A stretch of 64,000 bases of DNA from an uncultured Gemmatimonadaceae bacterium. Lineage in GTDB: Bacteria; Gemmatimonadota; Gemmatimonadetes; Gemmatimonadales; Gemmatimonadaceae. The notes below the pieces were generated by a model. It worked only from the letters and a program-made list of their open reading frames with translations. It did not search any database and was not told the origin of the DNA. The stretch is taken from contig CAVXGK010000002.1 in the NCBI GenBank assembly GCA_963761305.1, positions 2,402,781 through 2,466,780 on the forward strand, given 5' to 3'. A program made the translations under genes and the position numbers. This document shows, piece by piece, positions 16,800 to 28,071 of the stretch. The first letter of the stretch is position 1. The number at the start of each line of letters is the position of its first letter.

Positions 16800-17713
16800 T
16801 CAGGTGCCCGGCGGATTGGGCGGACGGCGATCCCACATCGTCACGACGTTCGGAATCGAGAACGCGGCCGTCTGCGGGCGTTCTGGCACCAGCCACCGAA
16901 CGCGGGAACACGATTACCGAGACAGCGGATCCGGCCACCAACGTTCCGGGCACGGCGACGATGTCGATCTTGCCGCCGGCGCCGGCGCTGGAGAATGCCG
17001 GCGCACCTGGCAGCGCCTGACGGTCGGCGAACATCGCCGTCGTCCCGCCGGCCGCGCGAACGTTGTAGTCGATCATACCCGGCGCTTGAGTCACCCACGT
17101 CGTGGCGCTAAACGGCGCCACGCTCGCCCAAGTCGGCGCTCGCGGGAACTGCGCTGCCGCGAGCGTAGGCGCTCCCGTCGATCGGGGCGCTGGTCGCGTT
17201 GATCAGGCGAAGACCGACCTGCGTGCCCGGATCCTGCGGCGCTTCATCGATGACGCTCAGGTGCATCGCGTCCGCGGCGCCCTTTGCCGAGCGGCCGTTG
17301 CCCCAGAGGATGAACGTATAGTTGTGGGTCGCGACGAGGGTGACCGTCGAGTCGACGACGACCGTCGAGGCGATCGACTGGAGCGTGTCGCTCAGGAAGA
17401 TGCGGAAGTGCCGTGATCCCGCCGCCGCATCCTTGAACTGGATCGCCGTGCCGACCACCAGCGTATCCGTCGTTCCGGTCGTGACGGACTGACTCGGGGA
17501 GTTACGGAAGGTGATGCGGAACTGGGCGTTCGACTCGACGATGTCGACGAAGCGAAAGTCGAAGCCAAAGGCTCCCGAGCTGTCCGGCACGGCGTTGATG
17601 AATCGAACGCCCGCTGCCGGCGGGGTGTTCGTGGGGACGGTCGAGTCGGGATAGCACGCACTCACGACGCCTGCGGCGAGGCCAAGCACCGAGAGTTGGT
17701 AGATGCGACGCAT
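16800..17713 (-). pseudogene. DUF4397-like lipoprotein, two +1 frame breaks
   Basis: Lipobox LAAGVVSAC. VRFINAVPDS..FDFRFVD.. and LRLINATSAPID are DUF4397-like repeats. Sense continues 17108-frame -> 16777-frame -> ..PQTAAFSIPNVVTMWDRRPPNPPGT-stop(16800) only if one base is removed near 17135 (gg) and near 16877 (ggg). Confidence 0.65.
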
Positions 17714-17749
17714 GACGTACTCCGTGAAGGTTGGCGACGTTGCCCGCGT

Positions 17750-18229
17750 TCAGGGCCTGCGACGAGTGGATTGAGCGGTGTCTCCAGGCTGCTTCCCACC
17801 TTGATCGGTCGACCCACCGCCGACGAGAGAGCGGCCAGCAAGCGCTGCCACGATCCCCACGCCGACGGCACCGAGAGCAACCGACTTTATTGCCGAGAAC
17901 TTTTTCTCGTAGACCGACGATACGTACTCTGACTTGATGCGGACCGGCTCTTTCGCCCACACCTGCTCACCGCCCCGCAGCATGTGCACTGACGACACCG
18001 CGACCAGATAGTCCGCGGCTCCTTTCTCCACCAACCGACCCTCGATCTGCGCGATCTCGGGGCCCATCGAGCCGCCGAGCGCAACGCGCCCGGCGTCGTT
18101 GATGTCGAAGGCGATTTCGGTTCCTACCGCCGGCGTCGGTCCCTGGACGGGCTCGTACTCGTAGCAGCCCACCGTCAGGACCGCCGCCAGCACACCAGCA
18201 AATCTGCGAAACGTTTGACTGCGAAACAC
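17750..18229 (-). CDS. Hypothetical lipoprotein
   Basis: Lipobox AVLTVGC, 159 aa, high GC3, between the SusD-like and DUF4397-like genes. C-terminal hydrophobic stretch VALGAVGVGIVAALAG. Confidence 0.7.
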   Translation of the reverse strand: MFRSQTFRRFAGVLAAVLTVGCYEYEPVQGPTPAVGTEIAFDINDAGRVALGGSMGPEIAQIEGRLVEKGAADYLVAVSSVHMLRGGEQVWAKEPVRIKSEYVSSVYEKKFSAIKSVALGAVGVGIVAALAGRSLVGGGSTDQGGKQPGDTAQSTRRRP

Positions 18230-18240
18230 TCGAGGAATCT

Positions 18241-19991
18241 CTACCAGCCGTAGGTTGTCGGACCGACTGCGATCGAATTCGGCGCATTGCCGGCACCGGG
18301 ACCCGTTCCGTAAATCGCGCCGAGCGACTTGCCGCGTGCCTGGAGATCCTGGTACGGCGTCGCCCAGTACAGCGGCGAGTTGGCCGGCATATCACCCCAG
18401 CCGCGCTCGTCCAAGAACCATGGCGAGAAGGACGTGTACGCGGTCTCGATGTACTTCTCGTACTTGATCGCGTCGAGCAGTTTGCCGCACGCGACGGTCT
18501 TGAAGTTCCCCGCCGGCACCTTCGGAATGCAGTTCGCGGCCGAGCCGGGAACCGGCGACGTCGCGTCGAACGCGGTGATCGGGGGCAATCCGTTCTTCAC
18601 GCGCGTGATGTTCACGAGCGCCGCCGCCGCGGCGTAGTTGCCCTGGCGATACAGACCTTCCGCCTGGAGCATGTCGATCTCGGGCTTCACGAAGATCGGC
18701 GTCGTGCCGTTGCGTGCCGCTGCCGGCGTCGCCGTTGTGCGCCCAGCCGTGGAACCGCGCGAAGTCGTACTGCGAGAAGCCCCAGCCCGGGACCGGCGAA
18801 CTGGTCGTTGCCGGTCGGGCGGTTCACGAAGTAGCGCTTGCAGCTGTAATCGCGAACGAGTCCGCCGCCGTAGTTCACACCCGCGGCCTGCGGTATCTCG
18901 CACTGCTTGACCGTGAAGTCCGTCTGCTGCGCCGTTCGGTTGTCGCCCTGCGGGAACCGCAGGTCCGGCGTCGCCATGAAGAAGTTCGTTGTTGCCAGCG
19001 CCGCGGGCGCCCAAGGTCGTGTGCGATCCACGCCGCGTAGCTGCCCGACGTGTCGGCCCATGCCGATGATGAAGGGCGGCATCTGGTGCCATGTGCTGAA
19101 CGCGTCGTACTGCGAGCGCCAGCCGGACATGCTCGGACCGGACGTCGTGTTCGACGTGACGTTCTCGTCCGACGTGATGCCGTTCTGCGCGTCGGCAACG
19201 ACCGACGCCCAGTCGACGGCCGCACGCTCGGTTGGAGTCCGCGCGAGGTTCGCGCGAATTCTCGCCCGATAACTGCGAACGAGCTTGACGAATTCGGCCT
19301 GCGTGTAGCTCGTCGGCGAAGGGATCCAGGTCGCCGGGATCGGGAACCCGTCGGCTGCGCGGGCGGCGACGCTGTTGGCAAGGTCGATCGCCGCCTGGAG
19401 ATGCGCCAGCGCCGAGTCACCCGCAGCCTTGTAGCTGATCAGCGTTCCGGCGATCCTGCGTGCTCTGGTCGGTCGAGACCACGCCGAGCGAATCGTACAA
19501 GAGCGCGACGTAGCCGATCGAGATGCCGTTCAGGAACTCGGCGAACGCCTTGTCGCGGTTGTCACGAGTTGGCCGAACCGAGCGTCAGCCCGCCCGCCTC
19601 GGCGGTGAGGAAGCTCGACGCCACGCGATTGACTTCGCCCATGATCGCGTACAGGCGCTGCTGCTCGCCCAGACACGTGTTGCCCGGCGAATTGAAGTTC
19701 GTGGAGGTGGAGAATGGATAGTGTGAGTTCTGACAGTTGTTCGCCAGGCTCGACATGTTCATGAGGGACGAACGTGTTGGCCATGCCCTCGATGTCGGTG
19801 GTGCTGCCGTACATGCCGACGACCCACCGCTTGAAGTACGTGCCCAGCAGGTTCTCGGCGTCCGTCGGCGAGCCGAGAACGCGCTTGGTGTCGCCAGCGT
19901 TCGGGTTCTGCACCGCCAGCGAGTTGTCACTACACGCGCCGACGGCGAGGGCCGAGGCCAGGACTCCGAACCGGATCAGGTTGCGAATCAT
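18241..19991 (-). pseudogene. SusD/RagB-like outer-membrane lipoprotein, at least 5 frame breaks
   Basis: Lipobox ALAVGAC directly downstream of the SusC-like gene. Sensible translation (..NLLGTYFKRWV.., ..NRDKAFAEFLNGISIGYVALLYD.., ..YTQAEFVKLVRSYRARIRANL.., ..FVKPEIDMLQAEGLYRQGNYAAAAALVNITRVKNGLP..) needs +1 jumps near 19766, 19563, 19449, 18787 and 18710. Confidence 0.75.
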
Positions 19992-20003
19992 GTGTGCTGG
20001 CTC

Positions 20004-23000
20004 CTAGAACCGCGAGGACAGGGAAACCGTGTACGTGCGGAGCGTCGGATAGCCGAAGGCGTCAACCTGGTTGATCAGGCCGGAGCCGGCGTTGCCGCCG
20101 TCGACGCCGACTTCGGGGTCGTAGCCCGAGTAATGCGTGAACGTGAACACGTTGCGGCCGATCAACGAGAGTGTCCAATCGCCGCCGACGCCGCGCACGC
20201 GTCCGACCCTGTAGCTCACGCTCAACTCGCGAACCTTGGCGTACGAGCCGTCTTCGGTGTTGTAGTTGTTCGGACCGAGCAGGTCGTAGAAGCCGCCGTC
20301 GCCCGCGCCTTCGGGCGCACCGGCGCGCCAGCCGTAGCCTACCGGCTTCGCGGTCTCGACCGACTTGCTGCCCTGGTCGAAGTAGTTCGACGCGAAGTCG
20401 AGGAGTCCCCAGCCTTCACCCTGGTTGTTGATGTGGTTGCCGACGGTGCCGTCGAGCAGCCCGTAGAACGTCAGGCGCTTGTAGGTGAGCGTGTTGTTCC
20501 ACGTGAAGCGGTAGCTCGGGAACGCGTTGCCGATAATGCTCATGGTGCCGATGCCTTCACCCGGCTGGCCACGGAGCGGACGATTGACGATCGGGTGACC
20601 GAAGTAGAGCGGATAGTTCCACGGCGACTGCGAAGCCGGGAGCTTCGTGTCCCAGAGGTTCTTGGTGATGCCGTCCTGCCAGTTGTTTCCGTTCCCGCCG
20701 GTCCAAACGACCCAGCCCTGGTCGTTGACTTGATACGCCTTGCCGGCACCGCACTGGGACTGCACCGAGGCCGGAAGGTCGCTGCAGGTCTTGTAGAACG
20801 TTCGGCCCCAGATGCTGCCGTACAGGTTGAGCGGCACGCCGGAAACAGGCTCCTTGTCTCCCCGCGCGGAGATGAAGAAGAAGCTGCCGGTGCCTTGCCC
20901 CGTGCCACCGCTCTCGAAGTACTCGGGAACGAAGAGCTGCGTGATGTAGCTGCGGGTGCGGTCCCACGTGCCCTTCATGTTCCAGCTGAAATCACGCTTG
21001 GTGATGACCGGCAGGTTGGCCGCCAACTCCCACGTGTGGTTGTCGAGCGTGCCGGCGTTCTGCCACTGGTTGGTGAAGCCGAGGTCCGACGGCGTCGGAA
21101 CGTTGAGGATCTCGTTCTTGGTGCGCGAGTCGGCCTTGGTGAGCTCGATGCCGAGACGGTTGAACAGCGTGAAGTCGGTGCCCAGTTCGGTCTCCGACGT
21201 CGTCTCCGGCTTGAGGTCGCGGTTACCTGCCTGCGCCAGCGAGCAACCGCTGGTGCTGCAGTTGTACGTCTCGTACTGCGCCGCGAACGACGGCGTGTTG
21301 CCGGCTGTGCCGTGCGACCCGCGGAGACGGAAATCGGTGATGTGCGGGACCTTCCAGAACGACTCTTCGGACACGCGCCACACACCGGACACTCGGCCGA
21401 ACGGCGCCCAGCGGTTGCCGGCTCCGAACAGCGAGCTGCCGTCGTAGCGGTACGTTCCGTCGACGATGTACTTGCCCTTGTAGTCGAGCTGGCCGCCGGA
21501 CACGAATCCGACGTCCTTGATCAGCTGGCTGCTCGAGGTCGCGTTCAGGTTCTGGCTCGTGTTGCTGAGCGTGAAGACGTCCTTCACGACGAACTGTTGG
21601 CCCGACCCGCCGCTGAGGAGTTGTTGCGTCTGATCGAACTGGCCGCGGAGGGTCACGCGGGCGGTCAGATCGCTCGTGACGTTCTTGCGGAACAGCGCAC
21701 CGTAGCTGCCGTTCATCGCTTCGATGTTGCTGTTAGTCAGGTTCATGTTGCCGAGGTTCGTGTTCGCGTTGAGCCGTCGGCCGACAGCCGTCCGGAAGTC
21801 TTTCGCTTCGTTGAAGTTGTCGTAGCGCGAGCGCTTGTCGTACGCGAACGTGCCGTCGAACGTGACCCAGTCCGCCGGGAAGTACGTGGCGGTGAGGGAT
21901 CCGATGTAGCGGCCGGCGATCAACTGGTCGGTCGACGCCGAGAACGGATAGAGGAACGCGTCCGCGCCGTTGCCCGTGCCGCGGATGCCCGCGCCGCCGC
22001 CCTGGAGGATCGGCCGGCCCAGCGTGTCGTTGGCGAGGTAGTTCGTGCCGGCGGGCGCACCGCGGAGCAGCGAACCAAAGAGGCCGAAGTCCAGCGCGCG
22101 CTCATCGGTCGTCTCCTTGTCGTACACGGTGCTGAGGGAGACGAGGAAATTGCTGCGGACGTCGTAGTCGAGGTTCACGCGGGCGCGCGACTGGATGTCG
22201 CCCTGGAGCTGCTTAAGCGCGCCGCCGTTGTTCGTGTACTGGCCGCTGGCGAAGAAGCGCACCGTGCCGATCTTGCCGGTCGCGTCGACGGAGCTGAGCT
22301 GCGTCGGGGCGGAGGTGGAGACCTGGGCGAGCGTGTTGTAGTACTGGTTCGGCCAGATGTTCGACTGAAAGACGTTTTCCAGCGACCCGTCGGTGTTGTT
22401 CAACGCGTTCCACTGGAAGCTCTGCGGCGTGCGGTTCGTGTCGGCGTTGACGTTGTTGATGCGGAGGATTTCCGTCATCCAGTCGACCGTCTTGGAGCAC
22501 GGAGCCGACGTCGAGGTGCCCGAGATGCAGAACCGCTTGCCCGTCTCGTCGAGCTGGAGGTGGACGTTCACGGGCTCGCCGTAGCGGGCGCTGTTCAAGT
22601 CGCCCACGCCGTACTCTTCGCGGACGTTGAACTGGATGCCGTCGCTGTTGGCGCCGCGCTTCGTCTTGATCGTGATGACGCCGTTGGCCGCCGTCGTTCC
22701 ATAGAGTGACGCGCCGGCCGCGCCCTTGATGACTTCGATCGACTCGATGTCGAGTCCGCCGAGCTCACCGAGGTTGCCGACGTTCATGACGACGCCGTCG
22801 ACGACGATCAGCGGGCTGCCGGCTGCGTCCCGTGAGGTTGAGCGACGTCGGGCCGCGGAGCATGATGTCCGGGGTCGATCCGGGCTGGCCGCTCGTCGAC
22901 GCGATGCGTACGCCGGCGACTTTGCCCTCGAGCGACGTCATCGGATCGAGCGACGGAACCGGAAGCTCTTCCGACGTCACTCGGCCGATGGCGAACGGCA

Positions 23001-23412
23001 CTTTCGCGCGCTCAGTCGCCTCGATCGATCCCGTGACGACCACCTCGTTGAGGCGGTTCACGTCTTGTTTGAGCGTGAAGTTCTGTGTTTGCGTTCCGGC
23101 CGTGACGCGAACCGGAAGGATGCCTGGCTGGAAGCCGATCGCGCGGACGCGAAGGTTCACGGCCTGACCCTGCACACGAGCCGCTGGAATCGTGATCGTG
23201 AACACGCCCTGCGCGTTCGTCCCCACCGAGATCGATAGATCATTGATGTAGACGTTGGCTTGGTCGACTGGCTGACCAAACTCGCTCATCACCTTACCGG
23301 TGATGACCGCGGCGGCCTGGGCTTGTGCGTTGGCTGCCGGCACTGCGAGCCAAAGGCTCAGCAATGACGCGGCGACCACTCGAGCACGATGCAACGTGGT
23401 CCTGGTCGTCAT
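20004..23412 (-). CDS. SusC/RagA-type TonB-dependent receptor (one frame break near 22814)
   Basis: Signal peptide at ATG 23412, CarboxypepD_reg N-domain (ITGKVMSEFGQPV..NAQGVFTI), plug (IMLRGPTSLN..IESIEVIKGAAGASLYGTTAANGVITIKTKRG) and a long barrel ending YTVSLSSRF. The N-terminal 200 aa (ORF 22765-23583 frame) join the 927-aa ORF if one G of ggg 22813-22815 is removed (..RSRQPLIVVDGVVMNVGNLG..). Confidence 0.85.
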
Positions 23413-23836
23413 CTCACTCCCTCGTGGGGAAAAGGGGGACTGCCACTCTGCACCTACGGTCGGTTCGCCTGCTGTCGTGCGAGGTATTTCCCTGCAACCG
23501 CGATCTTCACCAGCGTTCTTCAACCGCGATGGTGTCGCGAACTCCCGCGGACACCGCAACGAAAACCAGCAAAGCCGCCGCAATCGCGGCGGCGCTCAAT
23601 CAGCGCGTACGACGTGGATTCTGGGCGTGTGATGTCAACCGGTCGTAATAACTCGGAGGGTATGACAAAGCGTCACATTGAGTGCGCCGGGGGGCCGCGT
23701 GGTGCTGCGGGCCGCCCGGGGTTGGATCAAGCGGGCGAGAACGTAAGGCCCGGTCTAAAGTGCCGCAAGATCAACTCGAATACATTCAAGTCCGTTCCAC
23801 GGTCCTTTACATGCCCCGCCACGATCACTGCATCCA

Positions 23837-25003
23837 ATGAACGAAGCGGCGCACGTTTCGGCCCGCGCAGCACACCGTTGGTCCCTCGGCCATCCGTGGA
23901 TTTTTCGGAGCGATGTGACGGTTCGTCCCGACCGGCCGGCGGGAGGGGTGGTGGTCCTCGACCACCGCGGCAAGAAGATCGGCGTTGCGCTCTGGAGTCC
24001 GGCGTCGGAGATCGCGCTCCGCATGGTCGACGCGAATCCCAACGCGGCCCTCGACGCCGCCTGGTGGCTCGCACGCATTCGGGCCGCGGCCGCCCGGCGC
24101 GCTCCCCTCGACGGTGTCGCCAATGCCTACCGCGTCGTCCACGGCGAAGCGGACGCCTGCCCGTCGTTCGTGTGCGACCGCTACGATAGATGGCTCGTCG
24201 TCCAACTATTGAGTGCAGGCCTCGAGGCGTTTCGCGCGCCGATCGTCGACGCGCTCGCGAGCGTGCTCTCGCCCGCCGGCATTCTCGCCCGCAACGACGT
24301 CCCGGTGAGAAAGAAGGAAGGACTCGCCGTGGACGTCGAGCTGCTCGCCGGCGACGTTCCGCGTGAGATCGAGGTGAACGAGCACGGCGTGCGCTACCTC
24401 GCCGCACCGTGGACAGGACAGAAAACCGGGGCCTTCCTCGACCAGCGCGAGAACCGCGTCCTCATCGGCGACCGGGCGCGCGGACGCGCCCTGGATTGCT
24501 TCAGCTACCACGGCTCGTTCGCGCTGCACCTGGCGCGGCGCGCGCAGTCCGTCGTGGCGGTGGACGTCTCCGCCGACGCGCTACGCCGCGCCGAGGAGAA
24601 CGCGGCGCGGAATTCACTGGGTAACATCTCGTTCGTCGAGGCCGACGTGTTCGACTACCTGCGAGAGCTCGAGCGTTCGCGCGAGCGTTTCGACACCATC
24701 GTCGTCGACCCGCCGGCGTTCGCGAAGACGCGCGCCTCGGTGCCGGCGGCGCTCCGCGGTTACAAAGATGTAAATCTTCGCGCGATGCGCGTGCTCGCTC
24801 CGGGCGGGCTGCTCTTCACGGCGAGCTGCAGCTTCCACGTCGGCCGCGCCGAGTTCAACGATATGCTCCGCGCCGCTGCGGCAGATTCAGGGAGACGGGT
24901 GGCGGTTCGGGCACTCACCGGGCAACCGCTGGATCACCCGGAGGTATTGACGATACCTGAAACTGGATACTTGAAAGGCGCTCTACTGGAAGCGCTGGAC
25001 TGA
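23837..25003 (+). CDS. rlmI: Class I SAM-dependent rRNA (cytosine-C5) methyltransferase, RlmI-like
   Basis: N-terminal PUA-like HPWIFRSDV, then GQKTGAFLDQRENR, ALDCFSYHGSFALH, VVAVDVS..AL..AEENAARN and IVVDPPAFAK. Confidence 0.8.
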   Translation: MNEAAHVSARAAHRWSLGHPWIFRSDVTVRPDRPAGGVVVLDHRGKKIGVALWSPASEIALRMVDANPNAALDAAWWLARIRAAAARRAPLDGVANAYRVVHGEADACPSFVCDRYDRWLVVQLLSAGLEAFRAPIVDALASVLSPAGILARNDVPVRKKEGLAVDVELLAGDVPREIEVNEHGVRYLAAPWTGQKTGAFLDQRENRVLIGDRARGRALDCFSYHGSFALHLARRAQSVVAVDVSADALRRAEENAARNSLGNISFVEADVFDYLRELERSRERFDTIVVDPPAFAKTRASVPAALRGYKDVNLRAMRVLAPGGLLFTASCSFHVGRAEFNDMLRAAAADSGRRVAVRALTGQPLDHPEVLTIPETGYLKGALLEALD

Positions 25004-25005
25004 AA

Positions 25006-25028
25006 GGACCGGTAGACCGGTAGGCCGG
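25006..25028 (+). repeat. Degenerate octamer array (GGACCGGT AGACCGGT AGGCCGG)
   Basis: Three units in the 35-nt spacer between the convergent stops of the rlmI-like gene (25003) and mutM (25039). Confidence 0.6.
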
Positions 25029-25038
25029 CGACCGACGT

Positions 25039-25812
25039 CTACGCCTGGCAGGACGGGCAGAAGTATGTCGACCTTCCCGCCTGAACCATTCGCTCGATCG
25101 GTGTTCGGCATCGACGGCAAGGTTTGCCTTCGCGATCGTACACCGCGAGGCGCACCGTCGAGTCGTCGGTGTAGCGCGCGCCAGTCGCGCGGCGAATCAC
25201 GAGACGAATGGCCGAGAGCAGTGCGGTGGCCTGGCGCGTGGAGAGCGAGGATGCGCGTGCCGTCGGCGAGATGCGCGCGTGCCAGAGTGACTCGGCGGCG
25301 TAGATGTTTCCGATCCCGGCGATCACGCGTTGATCGAGCAGCACCGGCTTGATCGGCGCGCGGCGCTTCGCCAGCGCGGCGGCGAATGATTTCGCGGTGA
25401 GCGAACGATCGGTCGGATCGGGGCCGAGGTCGAGCGCGGGTGATTCACCGGCGGCGTGGAGGTCGAGCACGCTCAGCGCGCGCGGATCGTCGAGGACGAC
25501 GCGCGTGCCGTCGTGAAAATCGATCGCCGCGCGCGCGAAGCGCGGCAACGGATCGCCCGAGCTGTCGATCGTCCAATCGCCCGTCATACGGAAGTGCGCG
25601 TGCAGCACTCGGCCGTCGGCGAGCGAGATCAGTTGGTGCTTTCCTCGACGCTCGACGGCGCGAACCAGCGCGCCGCGCAGCGATCGGCGCTGTGCCGGCG
25701 TCAGCCGTCGCATCAGCGAGCGGTGCCGCACGTCGACGCGCTCGATGCGCTTGCCTTGAATGGCGCGGCGAAGCCGCCGGACGGCGCTCTCGACTTCGGG
25801 AAGCTCTGGCAT
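25039..25812 (-). CDS. mutM: Formamidopyrimidine-DNA glycosylase
   Basis: ATG 25812 gives the canonical MPELPEVE N-terminus. C-terminal zinc finger CRRCRTPI..YFCPSCQ. Confidence 0.9.
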   Translation of the reverse strand: MPELPEVESAVRRLRRAIQGKRIERVDVRHRSLMRRLTPAQRRSLRGALVRAVERRGKHQLISLADGRVLHAHFRMTGDWTIDSSGDPLPRFARAAIDFHDGTRVVLDDPRALSVLDLHAAGESPALDLGPDPTDRSLTAKSFAAALAKRRAPIKPVLLDQRVIAGIGNIYAAESLWHARISPTARASSLSTRQATALLSAIRLVIRRATGARYTDDSTVRLAVYDREGKPCRRCRTPIERMVQAGRSTYFCPSCQA

Positions 25813-25877
25813 GGGGGGGATCGCGGTTGACCGGAAGTTCGACAGCGGCGCAAGTTGCACGGGTGAGTGCACCCAGG

Positions 25878-26789
25878 ATGACGCCGCCGGCCACGCCTTC
25901 CCCCTCCCCCACCCGCGCCGTGCGTGCGCCCGCCGACTGGGCCGGGGTGCGGCACGCGCTGGTCGTGGTGCTCCTGCTCAACGGCGTGCTCGCGGGAGTG
26001 AAGGTCGTCGTCGGCATCCGCACCGGCTCACTGACCGTGCTGGGCGCCGCGCTCGAGTCGGCGCTCGACATGCTCAACAACATCATCGGCGTGGCGGTCG
26101 TCGGCGTCGCCGGACGTGCGCCCGACGAAGACCATCCCTACGGCCACGACAAGTTCGAGACGCTCGGTGCGCTCGCCATCGTCGGGTTTCTCTCTATCTC
26201 GTGCTTCGAGCTGCTGCGCGAAGGCGTCACCGAGCTCGTCGTGCAGCACCGCGCGCCCATGTCCATCGAAGTTGGCGACATCGGCGTGATGGCCGCGACG
26301 CTCCTCGTGAACGGATTCGTCGTGTGGTTCGAGCGGGCGCGGGGCCGCGCGCTGGGAAGCGCGTTCCTGCTCGCCGACGCGTCGCACACGGCGGGCGACG
26401 TCATGGTCACGCTGCTCGCGCTGGCGACCTTGGTGTTGGCGCACCTCGGCTGGTCGTGGCTCGACGCACCGCTGGCCATCACCGTGGCGCTTGTGATCGC
26501 GTGGAGCGGCGTCGGGATTCTGCGCCGGTCGATCCCGATTCTCGTCGACCAGCGGGCGATCGAGAGCAACGCGCTGCGGGCCGTTGTGCTGGGCGTTCCG
26601 GGCATTCGCGACATCCGGAAGGCGCGATCGCGCTCGACGGCGTCGGGCCAACTCTTCGCCGAGGTGACGATCGTCGTCGGCGGCCGAACGTCGGTGGACG
26701 ACGCGCACAGGCTGGCCGACGCGGTCGAAGAGGCGATCGAGCGGGCGTTCGGCACGTCGGAGGTGACCGTGCACGTCGAGCCGGCATGA
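25878..26789 (+). CDS. Cation diffusion facilitator (CDF) family transporter
   Basis: ATG 25878. TM helices with GSLTVLGAALESALDMLNN, HPYGHDKFETLGAL and LLADASHTAGDVMVTL, then a C-terminal cytoplasmic domain. Confidence 0.85.
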   Translation: MTPPATPSPSPTRAVRAPADWAGVRHALVVVLLLNGVLAGVKVVVGIRTGSLTVLGAALESALDMLNNIIGVAVVGVAGRAPDEDHPYGHDKFETLGALAIVGFLSISCFELLREGVTELVVQHRAPMSIEVGDIGVMAATLLVNGFVVWFERARGRALGSAFLLADASHTAGDVMVTLLALATLVLAHLGWSWLDAPLAITVALVIAWSGVGILRRSIPILVDQRAIESNALRAVVLGVPGIRDIRKARSRSTASGQLFAEVTIVVGGRTSVDDAHRLADAVEEAIERAFGTSEVTVHVEPA

Positions 26790-26807
26790 GCACTTGCGAT
26801 CGACGAT

Positions 26808-27647
26808 GTGATGTCTAGCTTTACCGGCGGTCGCCCCAGTTTTCCCCGGCCCCATCGACCTACGCGCTCGCTCAGGCACGAGTATCACCTGTACGTCGAG
26901 CAGGAGATCGAGAACTACAAGGAGTCGGTCGCGCGCAGCGTGCTGCTCGCCATCGGCGACGAAGCGGTGTCGGTCCTCGCCGCGGCTCCCCAGTTCGCGC
27001 TGACCGAGCTGCTCCTCTGCGAGGAAGTCGACCGGATCATCGTTCGACGCCTGCGGCTTCCGGCGTACGACACGTGGCGCCGCCGCCGGGTGAGGCTCAT
27101 CGAAGAGCTGCGCCGGCCGGAGCACTGGGGACTTCCGCCTGACGACGTCCTCGTTCGCGCGCTGCAGCCGTCGAGCGACGGCCGCGTGCTCGTCGCCGGG
27201 GCGGCGGATGAAAGCTCCACGCTCTACTTCGCCGCGCACGGCTGCGACGTGACGACGCTCGGCGAAGAGATCGACGCCGTCGAGCGTGTGATGCAGGCGG
27301 CGATCGGAGCCGGGCTCGCGGGGCGCGTGCACGCGGAGCTGGCCGATTTGTCGTCGTGGATACCGCCGCAGGAGCGCTTGCTCAACGCGGTGATCGTGAA
27401 TCCGGCGGCGCTCGATCGGTTGTCGGCCGACGAACGCGCGCGGGTGATCGCCGACCTGCAACGCGCCACGCTGGAAGGCGGCGTGCACCTCGTGCGGACG
27501 ATTTCTCCGGCATCGCGCGGCGGGAACGACAGCGGCAACGCAGTCTCGCTCGAGGAACTGCGCAGCCGGTACAAGGGCTGGCAAGTGACTGTCGAGCGCT
27601 CCGAGGGGCGCGCGAAGACGTTCTTCGCCAGAAAAGGCGCGGCCTGA
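26808..27647 (+). CDS. Hypothetical protein with degenerate Rossmann/methyltransferase-like C-terminal half
   Basis: 279-aa ORF with high GC3. RVLVAGAADESSTLYFAAHGCDVTTLG..ID..NAVIVNPAAL resembles a class I MTase fold but lacks a clean GxGxG motif. Confidence 0.65.
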   Translation: MMSSFTGGRPSFPRPHRPTRSLRHEYHLYVEQEIENYKESVARSVLLAIGDEAVSVLAAAPQFALTELLLCEEVDRIIVRRLRLPAYDTWRRRRVRLIEELRRPEHWGLPPDDVLVRALQPSSDGRVLVAGAADESSTLYFAAHGCDVTTLGEEIDAVERVMQAAIGAGLAGRVHAELADLSSWIPPQERLLNAVIVNPAALDRLSADERARVIADLQRATLEGGVHLVRTISPASRGGNDSGNAVSLEELRSRYKGWQVTVERSEGRAKTFFARKGAA

Positions 27648-27885
27648 CCCGGTAAGCGGGCGCGTCTCGATCTGACGCTGCTGTGTCAGATTGCCTTGTG
27701 TCTGAGCGACACCTGGGGCCGGTTCTGGAGGCGGCTGATTTTTCGTAACCGTTTGAGCCGCTGTCATTTACTCCATCGGGCCGAGTTCGGCACCGGGAGT
27801 GCAAAGGGGGGCGGGTGAGCCCGGCGAATCCGCCGAGGCCATCGCGGGGCCCGTTGCGGCGAACCGTTCTCGCCGCCGGGCCAGC

Positions 27886-28071
27886 ATGATCAGCCTCACG
27901 TTGCAGAAGCGGGATCCTACCTATATGAAGGCAGCGCGCAGCACCGCCTCGCAGGAACCGATCGGCATCATCATCTCGCCAGGAGCGTCGCAAGAGATCG
28001 CGCCGGCGAGGTTCGCCTACATGTGGGCGCCGCCGCCGGACGAGAAAGACCAGGAAAAGCGGAACGGTTAA
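27886..28071 (+). CDS. Possible small protein (61 aa), unknown function
   Basis: ATG 27886 (MISLTLQKRDPTYMKAARSTASQEPIGIIISPGASQEIAPARFAYMWAPPPDEKDQEKRNG). Third positions are mostly G/C in an otherwise ORF-poor 475-nt spacer. No homologue recognised. Confidence 0.35.
   Translation: MISLTLQKRDPTYMKAARSTASQEPIGIIISPGASQEIAPARFAYMWAPPPDEKDQEKRNG

Noticed and set aside
19020-19080. Possible compensating +1/-1 frame-break pair in the SusD-like gene (GMGRHVGQLRGVDRTRPW versus GMADTSGSYAAWIAHDLG)
   Set aside because: Both readings stay open and rejoin the same frame. I cannot decide without a homologue alignment, so it is not counted among the frame breaks.
19737-22709. 990-aa plus-strand ORF
   Set aside because: It is antisense to the SusC-like receptor. 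The translation is Arg/Ala/Val-rich low-complexity typical of shadow ORFs in GC-rich DNA, whereas the minus strand gives a textbook TBDR.
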